Part shown: piece after piece, positions 29,068-38,527 of the stretch | Position numbering within the stretch: the first letter of the stretch is position 1 | How the letters are laid out: every line of letters starts with the position of its first letter | Origin: a virus | Lineage: Duplodnaviria > Caudoviricetes | Strand: one strand, 5' to 3' | Virus record (IMG/VR): IMGVR_UViG_3300048834_000230 | Location: 1 to 59,982 of that record | DNA: 59,982 bases | The notes under the pieces: generated by a model | Database searches by the model: none | The model's input: the letters and a program-made list of their open reading frames with translations, nothing else | Told to the model about the DNA's origin: nothing | Made by a program: the position numbers and the translations under genes

Positions 29068-30321
29068 ATGGATTTAATCAATCAACTAGGTAATACTGAT
29101 ATGATGCTTATGGCATCCTATCCAAATTTCTTACCTGTATTCACTTCAATAGAGATTGTTAGAGCGGGTTCAGAGTCATCCCCTTTAAGATATGTTGATA
29201 TTAACCAAAGGTTACTAGAAACATTAGCTGCCCCTGGTGCTGTAGTTTGGAATCCTTCAACTAGAGAAGTATGGTTAGCTGGTGCTGATACAAAACAGAT
29301 TAGAAAATATGATGAATGGCTTACAAATATAGATGATCCAAATACATTAGTTACCATTCTTGAATCAGGTAATAATACAATCTATGGTGGTTGCCATTTA
29401 GGTGCTACTGGTGTAGGTCTTTTCAGGGATGTTATTCTAAATACTTTTCTAGTAATTGCTGGTGGTACAAAAATTTTTGCCATTGATATGCAATCTGGTT
29501 TTGTATCCAAGTGGTTTGATACTGCTACGCAAAACACAGAAATAGGAATTTCAAGGATTGTAGATATTTGTCAATTAAGTGCTACGACCCAACGGGGTCC
29601 TGGTGCCGCCATCATAGGTACTTTAGAAAATGGTAGATACTTCATAGGGGAAATCTATGGAGTAAATGCTATTAAAATTTGGAATACTCTTGATGCAGAT
29701 GTTACTACAGATATTCCTGGGGGTACTCGTACTACTAAACAAGTTTATGTTGGTTTAGGTCCATCTGGTGCTGCTAGTGTTTATGTCTGTCAAGAGAATT
29801 GGCAAGATGATGTATTCTTTGAAGAACTTGATAATCCTTTTGGTGGTACTCAACATTTTGAATCTACGGGAAGATGTATTGTTCGTAGATTTAGCAGAGG
29901 TGTTTTCGATGGGGACCCGATTCAAGGGGCTAATGTACTCTTTAGTTATGATATACCTATCCGAGTAAGTACCATTATACAAAATAATGGTTTTGATCCC
30001 CCATTTACAAGTGATATTAACATTGATCGTGAAGGTGGCGGTATAAAAACATGGGCTATTGATTCTCAATCCAATAGTGGAACACAACCTAGAGTTTTAC
30101 ATTACCGTGGTCGTTGTGGATTATTTTATTTCACACCTGTTGATAATGAGATTCCTTTTGCTGCTGTACCCTTTCTTAATCTAACATCAGCAGCAGGTTA
30201 TCGTTATTCAAAATGGTGGAGTACAGGAATAATCGAAAACCAAACTGCTCAACTTTCTGGGGGTGGTTATACGAACCTTCTTATAAACGGTTTAGGTACT
30301 GCCCCCCGCTATCTTATGTAA
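29068..30321 (+). CDS. Putative beta-propeller receptor-binding/tail protein
   Basis: Beta-rich repeats; last gene of the structural operon. Confidence 0.45.
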   Translation: MDLINQLGNTDMMLMASYPNFLPVFTSIEIVRAGSESSPLRYVDINQRLLETLAAPGAVVWNPSTREVWLAGADTKQIRKYDEWLTNIDDPNTLVTILESGNNTIYGGCHLGATGVGLFRDVILNTFLVIAGGTKIFAIDMQSGFVSKWFDTATQNTEIGISRIVDICQLSATTQRGPGAAIIGTLENGRYFIGEIYGVNAIKIWNTLDADVTTDIPGGTRTTKQVYVGLGPSGAASVYVCQENWQDDVFFEELDNPFGGTQHFESTGRCIVRRFSRGVFDGDPIQGANVLFSYDIPIRVSTIIQNNGFDPPFTSDINIDREGGGIKTWAIDSQSNSGTQPRVLHYRGRCGLFYFTPVDNEIPFAAVPFLNLTSAAGYRYSKWWSTGIIENQTAQLSGGGYTNLLINGLGTAPRYLM

Positions 30322-30372
30322 TTTTCTCCAGAAAAATTAATAGTAGACAAACTATCTTTAATAGGTTACACT
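30322..30372 (+). promoter_or_regulatory. Promoter of the replication operon with upstream dyad motif
   Basis: TTTTCT-CC-AGAAAA 30322-30335; TAGACA 30344, 17 nt, TACACT 30367. Confidence 0.6.
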
Positions 30373-30378
30373 TGAACT

Positions 30379-30711
30379 ATGTTCAATATTGTTCATAAAC
30401 CCATCCATGAAGAACGTGTACGATTAGGCGTACCCGATGCAGCCAAAAAACTAGGGGTAGATCGCAGCTATGCCTACAAGCTTGTCAAAGAAGGTAGAAT
30501 TCCTTCACACAAATACTTAGGTAAGACTTGCGTATTTCTTGAAGATTGTATAATCCCACCTACCAAACGAGAAGGTTCCGTTGGTAGACCTATTGGTGCA
30601 AAAGACAAGAAAAAACGTAAAGTACCTAAGAGAAAGAAGAAAGTAGGCCGAAAGAAAAAACGGAAAACTACTTCAAAGAAAACTTCTAAGAAAAAATCAT
30701 CTGTAGCATGA
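30379..30711 (+). CDS. Excisionase-like (HTH_17) DNA-binding protein with AT-hook-like GRP and Lys-rich tail
   Basis: VPDAAKKLGVDRSYAYKLVKEGRIPS. Confidence 0.8.
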   Translation: MFNIVHKPIHEERVRLGVPDAAKKLGVDRSYAYKLVKEGRIPSHKYLGKTCVFLEDCIIPPTKREGSVGRPIGAKDKKKRKVPKRKKKVGRKKKRKTTSKKTSKKKSSVA

Positions 30712-31073
30712 AAGCCTATTATGGTCGTATAACAGGTATGACTCTAACTCAATACTGTGCATTCCTCTTTGCACGTAATGAGAATAGGACTACCAAACTA
30801 TTAGATGAATCTCTACTAATAAAAGTCAAAGATGAGTTTAGGCACTATCCTGAACTTAATATCACTCTTGATCGTTTACGTGATATTCGGCATAAGTATA
30901 ATGCTGGTGATGTTACAAAAGTATTTCCTTCAACACCATCATTCCGCTACTCTAAATCAGGTGAAATTCTTAATAGGTGGAATAAACCTATATCACAAAA
31001 GAGTATTAGACTCTACCTAGAAAAATTTCATCAAAGACGAAAGCGTAAATCAAAACATGCTAAAGAGAGATAG
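30708..31073 (+). CDS. Hypothetical protein
   Basis: ATGA overlap. Confidence 0.7.
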   Translation: MKAYYGRITGMTLTQYCAFLFARNENRTTKLLDESLLIKVKDEFRHYPELNITLDRLRDIRHKYNAGDVTKVFPSTPSFRYSKSGEILNRWNKPISQKSIRLYLEKFHQRRKRKSKHAKER

Positions 31074-31650
31074 TTCCAAGATCAATCCCATTAAAGCCTA
31101 TAAACAGAAATGGTCTAAATGCCAGCTTTGCCCACTAGGAGCAAAAGCTACTAACCATGTTTTATATGGTGGAACAATACCAGCTAGTATCCTCTTTGTC
31201 GGTGAAGCCCCTGGATATACGGAAGATATGGTAGGAGAACCATTCATTGACAAAGCTGGCAAAATCTTTGATCTACTTGTTAGTGAATCAGGGTTATCTG
31301 ATTCAGATTATTGTGTTACTAACATTTTGGCTTGTTTTCCAGCCAAACCAGACGACCCTACCAACTTTCGTATTCCTTCCAAAGAAGAAGCCAAAGCTTG
31401 TCATCCTCGACTGTTAGAACTTATTGAACTAGTCAAGCCCAAACTTTACGTGGCTTTAGGTGATGTTGCAAAAAGGTATGGACTACAGGACTCTACTGAT
31501 ATTAAAATCGTTCACTTGCGGCATCCCTCTTTTATTCTTCGTAATGGTGGTTATGGTTCCGTTGAATACAAAAGGAACTTGTATAAATTGAAGGAATCAA
31601 TCAATGGCATCACGAAGAAGTCACGGCTCAAGAAAACCATTCAAAGGTAG
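31057..31650 (+). CDS. Uracil-DNA glycosylase family 4 (Fe-S, SPO1-polymerase-associated type)
   Basis: C..CPL, GEAPG, GEPF..AG, TN...C.P, HPS. Confidence 0.92.
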   Translation: MLKRDSSKINPIKAYKQKWSKCQLCPLGAKATNHVLYGGTIPASILFVGEAPGYTEDMVGEPFIDKAGKIFDLLVSESGLSDSDYCVTNILACFPAKPDDPTNFRIPSKEEAKACHPRLLELIELVKPKLYVALGDVAKRYGLQDSTDIKIVHLRHPSFILRNGGYGSVEYKRNLYKLKESINGITKKSRLKKTIQR

Positions 31651-32701
31651 TAAAGGGAGAAAGCATAAAATGCTGCGGACTCGTGTAACCAAATCTAAAT
31701 CCCAACGAATCAGGGATAAAAAAACCAAAGAACGCCTTTGGCAACTTGAATCAGGTATTACCTATTCAGGACTCTCTTCATGGCTTGATAATCCAGAAGC
31801 TTTTTATCTTAATTACTGTGAGGGTTTAACCCCCAAGAGATTCCGCAAGCCTATTGAATTTGGAAACATCATCCATTTCATGCTTGAACATCAATTTACT
31901 GGTAGAAAGAAATCACCAGTAAAAGTAGCTAATGAAATAGCTACAGGTTATGAGAACGTCCGATCAAAAACTACTCTTTCAACTGATCGTGAACAACTGC
32001 ATCTACTTTGCCAAGTCGCAAAGATGCTCTTTCCTATCTACTGTGATTATTGGAAAGAAGAAGATGCTGGTATTGAATGGCTTGCTCGTGAACAATCCTT
32101 CAAAACTCCTTATGAGTTTATCGACCTAGAAGGTAAGAAGCGTACCATTCTTCTACGTGGTATGCGTGATGGCCTATTCCGTAATGATTATGGTACAGGT
32201 GTCTTTGAAACCAAAACTAAAGAGAACATTGATACGGCTGGTGTAGCTGCCCAGCTAAAAGCCGACATGCAAACTTTGTTCTATCTTTTTACCTCCAGAA
32301 TAGACCTAAAAAAACAACCTAATCAAATTCTCTATAACATCATTCGTCGCCCTGGACAGCGTAACAAGAATGAAACTGTTGACCAGTTTGTTAAGCGAAT
32401 ACAACAGGATGTACTAAAACGAGAGAAACACTACTTTATGCGGTGGGAAGTTGACGTAGAGACTAAAGACTACGATAAATTTGAACAACAAACACTTCTT
32501 CCGATTCTAAGATTGTTTGTTCGTTGGGCTGATAGCTTAAAAAAAAACAGATGGGACTCACCATATCACTTAACGAACTTAAACGCTTTAATAGGAAAGT
32601 TCGGTCCAAGCGAATATTGGGACCTAATAATCAATGGAAGACAGTCGATGTACTACCGCCGATCTTCGACGTTTCCAGAATTAGAAGAATCTATCCTGTA
32701 A
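31604..32701 (+). CDS. PD-(D/E)XK (Cas4/RecB-like) exonuclease
   Basis: TYS.L, FG...H..LE, E..F, G.RD...ETKT, Q...Y. Confidence 0.85.
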   Translation: MASRRSHGSRKPFKGSKGRKHKMLRTRVTKSKSQRIRDKKTKERLWQLESGITYSGLSSWLDNPEAFYLNYCEGLTPKRFRKPIEFGNIIHFMLEHQFTGRKKSPVKVANEIATGYENVRSKTTLSTDREQLHLLCQVAKMLFPIYCDYWKEEDAGIEWLAREQSFKTPYEFIDLEGKKRTILLRGMRDGLFRNDYGTGVFETKTKENIDTAGVAAQLKADMQTLFYLFTSRIDLKKQPNQILYNIIRRPGQRNKNETVDQFVKRIQQDVLKREKHYFMRWEVDVETKDYDKFEQQTLLPILRLFVRWADSLKKNRWDSPYHLTNLNALIGKFGPSEYWDLIINGRQSMYYRRSSTFPELEESIL

Positions 32702-32738
32702 ACGAAACTTTTGATAACCCTTGGAAAGATTTAATATA

Positions 32739-33683
32739 ATGGCAACTGTTCGTAAAGTACGTGGTTCTATTGCTAGAAAAAAAACATCAGCTAAATCTAG
32801 CTCTAAGGATATGCTTCCTACAGAACTCAATGAACCACCTGAAGAACTCCTAGATTATGTTATTATGATCTACGGAAGAAAGAGTATTGGTAAGACTACT
32901 CTTGCTAGTATGCTGGCTAAAAACAAGGATAAGAAAGTTCTTGTTATCATGCTAGAAAAATCTCGGCGTAATCTTCGCATATACCAAAAGCCTGATTACA
33001 GCAAAGGTGACAAGTATCCTACATGGACTACACTTATCAAATGGATGGACCAGTTTATCGAATCCAAAGAATTTGATGTTGTTGTCTTCGATACACTTGA
33101 TAAACTTTATGATCTTTGTTACGCTCATATCTGCAAACTCAATGGGGTTAAAAGCCCTAATGGTGCTGGTCGTAACTCAAGTGGTGTATGGAAAGAGATT
33201 GATTCAGAATTCAATGCTTTCCTTCAAGCCTTGTCTGAATCCGGTAAGGGTATCATTTATCTATCGCATGAAAAGGTTCGTGAATTAGAAGCTAAGAAAA
33301 TTCGTGAACTCAAGAAAGAAGCGAACAATGATAATGACTCTGAAGAAATCAAAATCGAAAGAGTGGAACCTTCAGCATCACCCGCTGCTTGTCGTTCTGC
33401 TGAAGAGATGTGCGATGTTATTATGTATTATGGTTATGAAAACCGTAAACGTACCCTTACTGTGCGTGATTCAGGAGACTATTTTTGGGTCGGATGCAAT
33501 CTTCCTGATGCTTTCCTTGACCCTGATGGTGAACCAATCAATCAATTTTATGTAGGAGAATCACCTGCTGAAGCAAAGAAAAATCTTCTAGCTGCATACA
33601 ACAATGAACTAAGGGATATTAACTATACTCCCCCAAAACGTAGCAAACCTGTTAAAAAACGTCCAACACGTAGAAGAACTTAG
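32739..33683 (+). CDS. AAA_24/Sak4-like ATPase (recombinase)
   Basis: IYGRKSIGKTT, VVFDT, LSHE; sits between the exonuclease and SSB genes. Confidence 0.85.
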   Translation: MATVRKVRGSIARKKTSAKSSSKDMLPTELNEPPEELLDYVIMIYGRKSIGKTTLASMLAKNKDKKVLVIMLEKSRRNLRIYQKPDYSKGDKYPTWTTLIKWMDQFIESKEFDVVVFDTLDKLYDLCYAHICKLNGVKSPNGAGRNSSGVWKEIDSEFNAFLQALSESGKGIIYLSHEKVRELEAKKIRELKKEANNDNDSEEIKIERVEPSASPAACRSAEEMCDVIMYYGYENRKRTLTVRDSGDYFWVGCNLPDAFLDPDGEPINQFYVGESPAEAKKNLLAAYNNELRDINYTPPKRSKPVKKRPTRRRT

Positions 33684-33716
33684 TAACTTAATTTCATTTG
33701 AAAGGATGGTATTGTA

Positions 33717-34751
33717 ATGGCAAAGTCAGCCAGTGGTGCCCGCAGACGTAATGCTGTAGGTGCTAAGAAACCAACTAAGAAAGCCCCTGCAAAGTCTTCA
33801 ACAAAGTCTGATGCTAGCAGCCCTTTTATGAAGGCAATTGCTAAGAAGAAAGGTGCATTCAAGAAGTTCAAGACAGCACCAAAGGGGGCTGGTGGTTTTA
33901 CTAAGACCAATATCAAAGATGGTACTTACAAAACCCGTTGGTCTGCTAAGTCTGGAATTAGCAAAGATAATAAACCTTATGTAATGCTTAATTGGGTAGT
34001 AGTATCCGGTAAAGCAAAAGGTGAGAAAGATGGTCGTTACTTTGACCTAGACAATGACGATCATTGGGGCTGGCTCTCCGGTATGCTACAACAACTTCTT
34101 GATGAAGACTTTGCAGATTTGGATGACAACCCGGAAGAACTCAAGGAACTGTTAGATCGTGTCAACGATGAACGTCCTTGTACCACAACTGCTATTAAGC
34201 GTAACGATCAAGGATATATCAACGCTTACATTCAGGAGTTAGTTGATGAGGATGACGATGATGAGTCTGATGAAGAAGAGGATGAGTCCGATGAAGGTGA
34301 CGAAGAGGATGCGGAAGACTCTGAAGAAGACGAAGACGAATCTGATGAAGATGACGATTCAGAAGCAGATGAAGATGAGACAGACTATGCCTCATTAGGT
34401 GAAGCTGCTGATGAAGGTGACAAGTCCGCAATCAAGGAGTTGAAAGCTGCTGCTAAAGAAGCAGAGCTAGACCCCAACGATTACGAAACTTGGGCTGATC
34501 TTGCTGAAGCCCTAGGTGAGCCTGAAGAGGATGATGACTCTGATGAAGAATCCGATGAGGATGAAGAAGAAGAGTTAGAACCTCTTGTTAAGGGTGATCC
34601 TTGCTTCTACAAGCCCAAAGGCAAGCGTAAGCCTATTGAGTGCGAAGTTGCCTCTGTCAACAAATCCAAAGAAACCTACAAGATCAACGAAGTTGATGGT
34701 GATGGTTCTTGGACTGTTTTATGGGATGATGAGGCTCTTTCGGTCGAATAG
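33717..34751 (+). CDS. DUF669/gp2.5-like ssDNA-binding protein with basic N-tail and long acidic region
   Basis: IKDGTY OB-fold start; Asp/Glu tract; synteny with Sak4. Confidence 0.65.
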   Translation: MAKSASGARRRNAVGAKKPTKKAPAKSSTKSDASSPFMKAIAKKKGAFKKFKTAPKGAGGFTKTNIKDGTYKTRWSAKSGISKDNKPYVMLNWVVVSGKAKGEKDGRYFDLDNDDHWGWLSGMLQQLLDEDFADLDDNPEELKELLDRVNDERPCTTTAIKRNDQGYINAYIQELVDEDDDDESDEEEDESDEGDEEDAEDSEEDEDESDEDDDSEADEDETDYASLGEAADEGDKSAIKELKAAAKEAELDPNDYETWADLAEALGEPEEDDDSDEESDEDEEEELEPLVKGDPCFYKPKGKRKPIECEVASVNKSKETYKINEVDGDGSWTVLWDDEALSVE

Positions 34752-34767
34752 TCATTTCTAATTACAC

Positions 34768-34829
34768 TAGCAAGAGTAGTCCTACTACGACAGATCATTT
34801 AAGGATGTAGGACTACTCTTTGCTATTTT
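34768..34829 (+). terminator. Long hairpin/terminator after the SSB gene
   Basis: AAGAGTAGTCCTAC/GTAGGACTACTCTT 14-bp stem, 21-nt loop. Confidence 0.7.
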
Positions 34830-34842
34830 CTAGGGAAAGAAA

Positions 34843-35280
34843 ATGAAGATTGGGTTTACCGGAACACAAGAAGGTATGACAAAATCTCAACGTCAACGTA
34901 TGGTAAGGTTTTTAGAATTAACCCTAATAGATCATACTATAGAGTTTGGATTGCATGGTGACTGTGAAGGTGCTGATTTTCAATTCGATAGAGACTGTTT
35001 TCGCCAATCAATCCCGGTTACTGTTTACCCCCCAGAAAATCCAAACAAACGTGCTTTCTGTGAAAATTATCATAGTATAAAAGAACCAAAACCTTATCTG
35101 GATAGAAACCATGATATTGTTAATGATTCTAATATTATGATTGCATGTCCAAAAGAATTTGATGAGCAATTACGCTCCGGTACATGGGCCACTATTAGAT
35201 ACGCCAGAAAACAAAACAAACCACTGATTATATTTTATCCAGATGGTTCTGTATCAAAGGAAAATTGGAATGAAATTTGA
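34843..35280 (+). CDS. SLOG-superfamily (DprA/YspA-like) protein
   Basis: IGFTGT, HG.C.GAD, RN..IV, SGTWATIRYA. Confidence 0.8.
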   Translation: MKIGFTGTQEGMTKSQRQRMVRFLELTLIDHTIEFGLHGDCEGADFQFDRDCFRQSIPVTVYPPENPNKRAFCENYHSIKEPKPYLDRNHDIVNDSNIMIACPKEFDEQLRSGTWATIRYARKQNKPLIIFYPDGSVSKENWNEI

Positions 35281-35893
35281 AATCTTTGATGAGCATGTAA
35301 ATGCCCTATTTGATAAATGCAGAGCCATACTAAAAGGTAAAGGAATTGACTACAATGCAGGTACAGATAGATTCCACGGATTCAAAGACAGAGCATTCAA
35401 AGCAGGTATAACTAAATACCAAGGATGGTACATATTATTCAGTAAGGGTTTAGGTGCCATAGAACGATATGTTCTAAAAGGTGCAACTGAATCAGAAAAT
35501 ATTCATGTCCGTATTCAAGACGCTATCAATTATCTCATACTTCTTGATGCAATGATTACTGAAGATGAACAATCTTCAGATACAGAATCAGCTTTTCTTA
35601 AACAAGCTGAACTTCTTAATAAGGCTGGTTCTTCTGCCCCAGTTACATTACCATTAACTCCTGAAGCATTAGAACTGCTTAAAAATTATGTTCCACCTAA
35701 GCATTTCACTCCTTTTCTATTTGAAGTAGATACACTAGTTACAAAACATGGCATTGAATGCAAGGTAACATCACGTAGGAGAACGGAAGCCGGAAATGTC
35801 TACAACCTTGAAGCTACGGAAACAGGTTCGATCTTCCAAGGTATCCCGGAATCCGAAATCAAACCTAGAGGAATCGTCCCTAGTAAGCCTTGA
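35270..35893 (+). CDS. DUF1599/Nmad1-like all-alpha nucleotide-associated protein
   Basis: KG.DY....D....F, K...I, E....RI.D.INYL.LL. Confidence 0.7.
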   Translation: MKFEIFDEHVNALFDKCRAILKGKGIDYNAGTDRFHGFKDRAFKAGITKYQGWYILFSKGLGAIERYVLKGATESENIHVRIQDAINYLILLDAMITEDEQSSDTESAFLKQAELLNKAGSSAPVTLPLTPEALELLKNYVPPKHFTPFLFEVDTLVTKHGIECKVTSRRRTEAGNVYNLEATETGSIFQGIPESEIKPRGIVPSKP

Positions 35894-37901
35894 CTGTGAA
35901 ACAACTGGTCTAGCTCTCAAGAATGGTTGTAAACCTTTTCTAGTATCTATTACCTATCCTGATGGTACTAGCTATGCTTGGGAATGGTCCGTTAATTCCC
36001 GCACTAGAAAAGTTAATGTCAAACATGATGATTTAATCGACATAGCAAAACATGTTAGAGACAAAACCGTAGTCTTTCATCATGCTAAGTACGACGTTGA
36101 AGCGATGGCATCTATTGGTTTCTTCTTTCTTTTCCCAGAAGAAAGTTGGCCCCAAGCTTGTTCACCTTTAACACTTAATACCAGAATCTTTCCCTATAGT
36201 CCTATCAGAGTACGCTGTAAAGGATGGGAAGATACTCTACCTGCTAGCCATATAGATTCATCTAAGGGAACTCACAAACTCAAAGAATTAGGTCTACTCC
36301 ATTTAGACTATCCTGAAACAGATGAAGAGAAACTACTAACAGCAGTTAAGAAAGCTGTTGATGGTATTGCCAAGAAAAAGAAATTCAATCTCTCTCGGAA
36401 ATATGCCGGTAAGAATGAAGATGGCTCTGACAAAACTGATCCTGAATACGAAGCTGATTATTGGGTACTCAAGGCTCTTGATCGTAAGAACACTCTATGC
36501 CGTCAATATGCCAATGGAGATACAGAACGTACTCTACTCTTATGGATGCTTCGCTATAACAAACTCTTTGAACAAGATGTTAATGCTCGCTTATGCTATG
36601 AGAGAGAGAAGAAAGTCATTCCTGTAGTTTATGCTATTGAGAATCACGGCATCACTATCAGTAAGCATCGTTTGGAATACTACCTAACTAAACTCAAGAA
36701 TGAATCCGAACCTAATCGTGAACATGCTGCTAAGATTGCCTGTAAGACTCTTAAAGTAAAATCATTCAATACAAATTCTTACCCCCAACTAAGGGAGATA
36801 CTTTACTCTAAGAAAGGATTTAACTTTCCAGTCCTAGAGTACACTGATAAAGAAAACCCATCGACAAGTATTGGTAGTGATGAAGTCCCTGGACCCCTCA
36901 TCAAACTACGCAATGACTATTGTGATAATAAACCAACAGCAAAGAAATTCTTACAACATCTCATCATTAGTAAGAAGTATGCAACAGGTGTAAACTACTT
37001 ATCTAATTACAAAAGAGCTATTCAACAACATTGGGATAATGCTAGATGGGTACTCTACCCTACTCTTAATCCCAATGGAACTGACACAACTCGATTTAGT
37101 AGTTTTAACCCAAATGCACAAAATATCTCCAAAAGGGCTGAAACTCCCTTGCGTAATATATTCTGCCCCCCTAAAGGTAGAATCTGGTTTGCTATTGATT
37201 ACCAACAGTTACAACTACGAATCTTTGCATTTGTCACTCAAGCACAAGTCTTGATTGATGCGTTTCGTGCTGGACATGATTTTCATGCCACTGTAGCTAC
37301 TGGTATCTTCAAGAAAGCTTTGAAGGAAATCACAAAGCTAGAAAGACGTATCGCTAAGAATACAAACTTTGCATTGATCTTTGGTGCAACTAAAAAGAAG
37401 GTCAACAAAACAGCCGGTATAGATAATGCGTATGAACGCTTTGAAAAACAATTCCCAATGGTGACAGCATTTCTCAACAAAGCTATCAGACAAGTACGAT
37501 CTACTGGCGGAATTGTTACACCTTTCGGTTATCCATTAGAAGTGGATCATAACAAACCATACGCTGGTGCTAACTACATAATCCAAGGATGCGAAGGGGA
37601 TATCGTCAAGAATGCTATGATTTTGCTTGTCCATACTGGACTAATTGATTTCAAAGATTATAGTCTTATTCTTCAAGTTCACGATGAACTATTGATTGAA
37701 GCCCCTGAAAAGTACAGCAGAACCCGTATTCGTAAGATTATGGGAATCATGGAATTCTGTGGAACTTTACTTGATATGGAAACACCAGTAGAAGCAGAAA
37801 TCATTACTACTCATTGGGGTAAAGGTAGTAAGATTAAACTCAAACCCATACGTCCCAACCTTAAACAGTGTAAAAAAATAATCTACGGTCTAGCAGTATA
37901 A
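35796..37901 (+). CDS. polA: Family A DNA polymerase (3'-5' exonuclease plus polymerase domains)
   Basis: DCETTG, HHAKYD, YA.GD; T.TTRFSS..PN.QN; DYQQLQLR; R..AK..NF..IFG; VHDE. Confidence 0.95.
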   Translation: MSTTLKLRKQVRSSKVSRNPKSNLEESSLVSLDCETTGLALKNGCKPFLVSITYPDGTSYAWEWSVNSRTRKVNVKHDDLIDIAKHVRDKTVVFHHAKYDVEAMASIGFFFLFPEESWPQACSPLTLNTRIFPYSPIRVRCKGWEDTLPASHIDSSKGTHKLKELGLLHLDYPETDEEKLLTAVKKAVDGIAKKKKFNLSRKYAGKNEDGSDKTDPEYEADYWVLKALDRKNTLCRQYANGDTERTLLLWMLRYNKLFEQDVNARLCYEREKKVIPVVYAIENHGITISKHRLEYYLTKLKNESEPNREHAAKIACKTLKVKSFNTNSYPQLREILYSKKGFNFPVLEYTDKENPSTSIGSDEVPGPLIKLRNDYCDNKPTAKKFLQHLIISKKYATGVNYLSNYKRAIQQHWDNARWVLYPTLNPNGTDTTRFSSFNPNAQNISKRAETPLRNIFCPPKGRIWFAIDYQQLQLRIFAFVTQAQVLIDAFRAGHDFHATVATGIFKKALKEITKLERRIAKNTNFALIFGATKKKVNKTAGIDNAYERFEKQFPMVTAFLNKAIRQVRSTGGIVTPFGYPLEVDHNKPYAGANYIIQGCEGDIVKNAMILLVHTGLIDFKDYSLILQVHDELLIEAPEKYSRTRIRKIMGIMEFCGTLLDMETPVEAEIITTHWGKGSKIKLKPIRPNLKQCKKIIYGLAV

Positions 37902-37944
37902 ATACAATTCGCAATATACTTGGCTAATCCAGAAGGAGTTAAAC

Positions 37945-38496
37945 GTGACTATATTATTGGAGTTATCACCAGAGCATATCAAAGCTGAACTAGATTACCG
38001 AATTAAATCATTACCAGTACAAATTGACCAAGATGATCCTAATGGTGGTGTATTGCGGCCTTGGGTTCGTGCATTACCACTACGTCTACAAGGTGTGGTT
38101 ATCACAGCTATTCGTGGCTGTGATGGTGCCCCGAAAGAAGATAGCTCCAAAGCATTAAGTCGTATGATTCGTCGTGTAATTCTCAATCCAGCCGATCCTC
38201 GTGAGTCACTTAGTAAAGGTGGATTTTTTGGATTCGACCCCGTGCAATTACCTTACAAATTGAGTGATATGTTTCATTCACTTGATCAATACCCATTGCA
38301 TTATGTAATGCACCTTTGCCACTGTTGTCAAGTGATAGGCTATCGACATCCAGACAAGAATATCGCCGAGTTTTTTGAATTAACGTACCTGCTTTTTTGT
38401 CATACATTCCATTTGTCGCCAGAGAGTGAAGCCGACATGGAACGACGATTAACGGAAGATCGAATCAAAAAGGGAACAACTGAACGCAACTTTTGA
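37945..38496 (+). CDS. Conserved-looking phage hypothetical protein, His-rich helical
   Basis: AAGGAG RBS with GTG start; AIRGCDG, D.YP.HY..H. Confidence 0.65.
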   Translation: MTILLELSPEHIKAELDYRIKSLPVQIDQDDPNGGVLRPWVRALPLRLQGVVITAIRGCDGAPKEDSSKALSRMIRRVILNPADPRESLSKGGFFGFDPVQLPYKLSDMFHSLDQYPLHYVMHLCHCCQVIGYRHPDKNIAEFFELTYLLFCHTFHLSPESEADMERRLTEDRIKKGTTERNF

Positions 38497-38527
38497 TAAT
38501 TCATGTTATACCGAAGGAGTATAGGAC

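Noticed and set aside
30379-30711. Evidence for a temperate lifestyle (excisionase)
   Set aside because: No tyrosine or serine integrase or repressor recognised; Xis-like HTHs are common regulators in lytic phages
32539-32548. A9C slippery run as a programmed frameshift
   Set aside because: The zero frame continues to a sensible C-terminus and no gap needs filling
31604-32701. Cas4/CRISPR system
   Set aside because: No repeat-spacer array or other cas genes; context is an exonuclease-Sak4-SSB recombination module
34245-34575. GAT/GAA-rich DNA as a tandem repeat array
   Set aside because: Simply encodes the Asp/Glu-rich region of the SSB
35796-37901. DpoZ / 2-aminoadenine genome
   Set aside because: No purZ or datZ visible; cannot be supported from sequence alone
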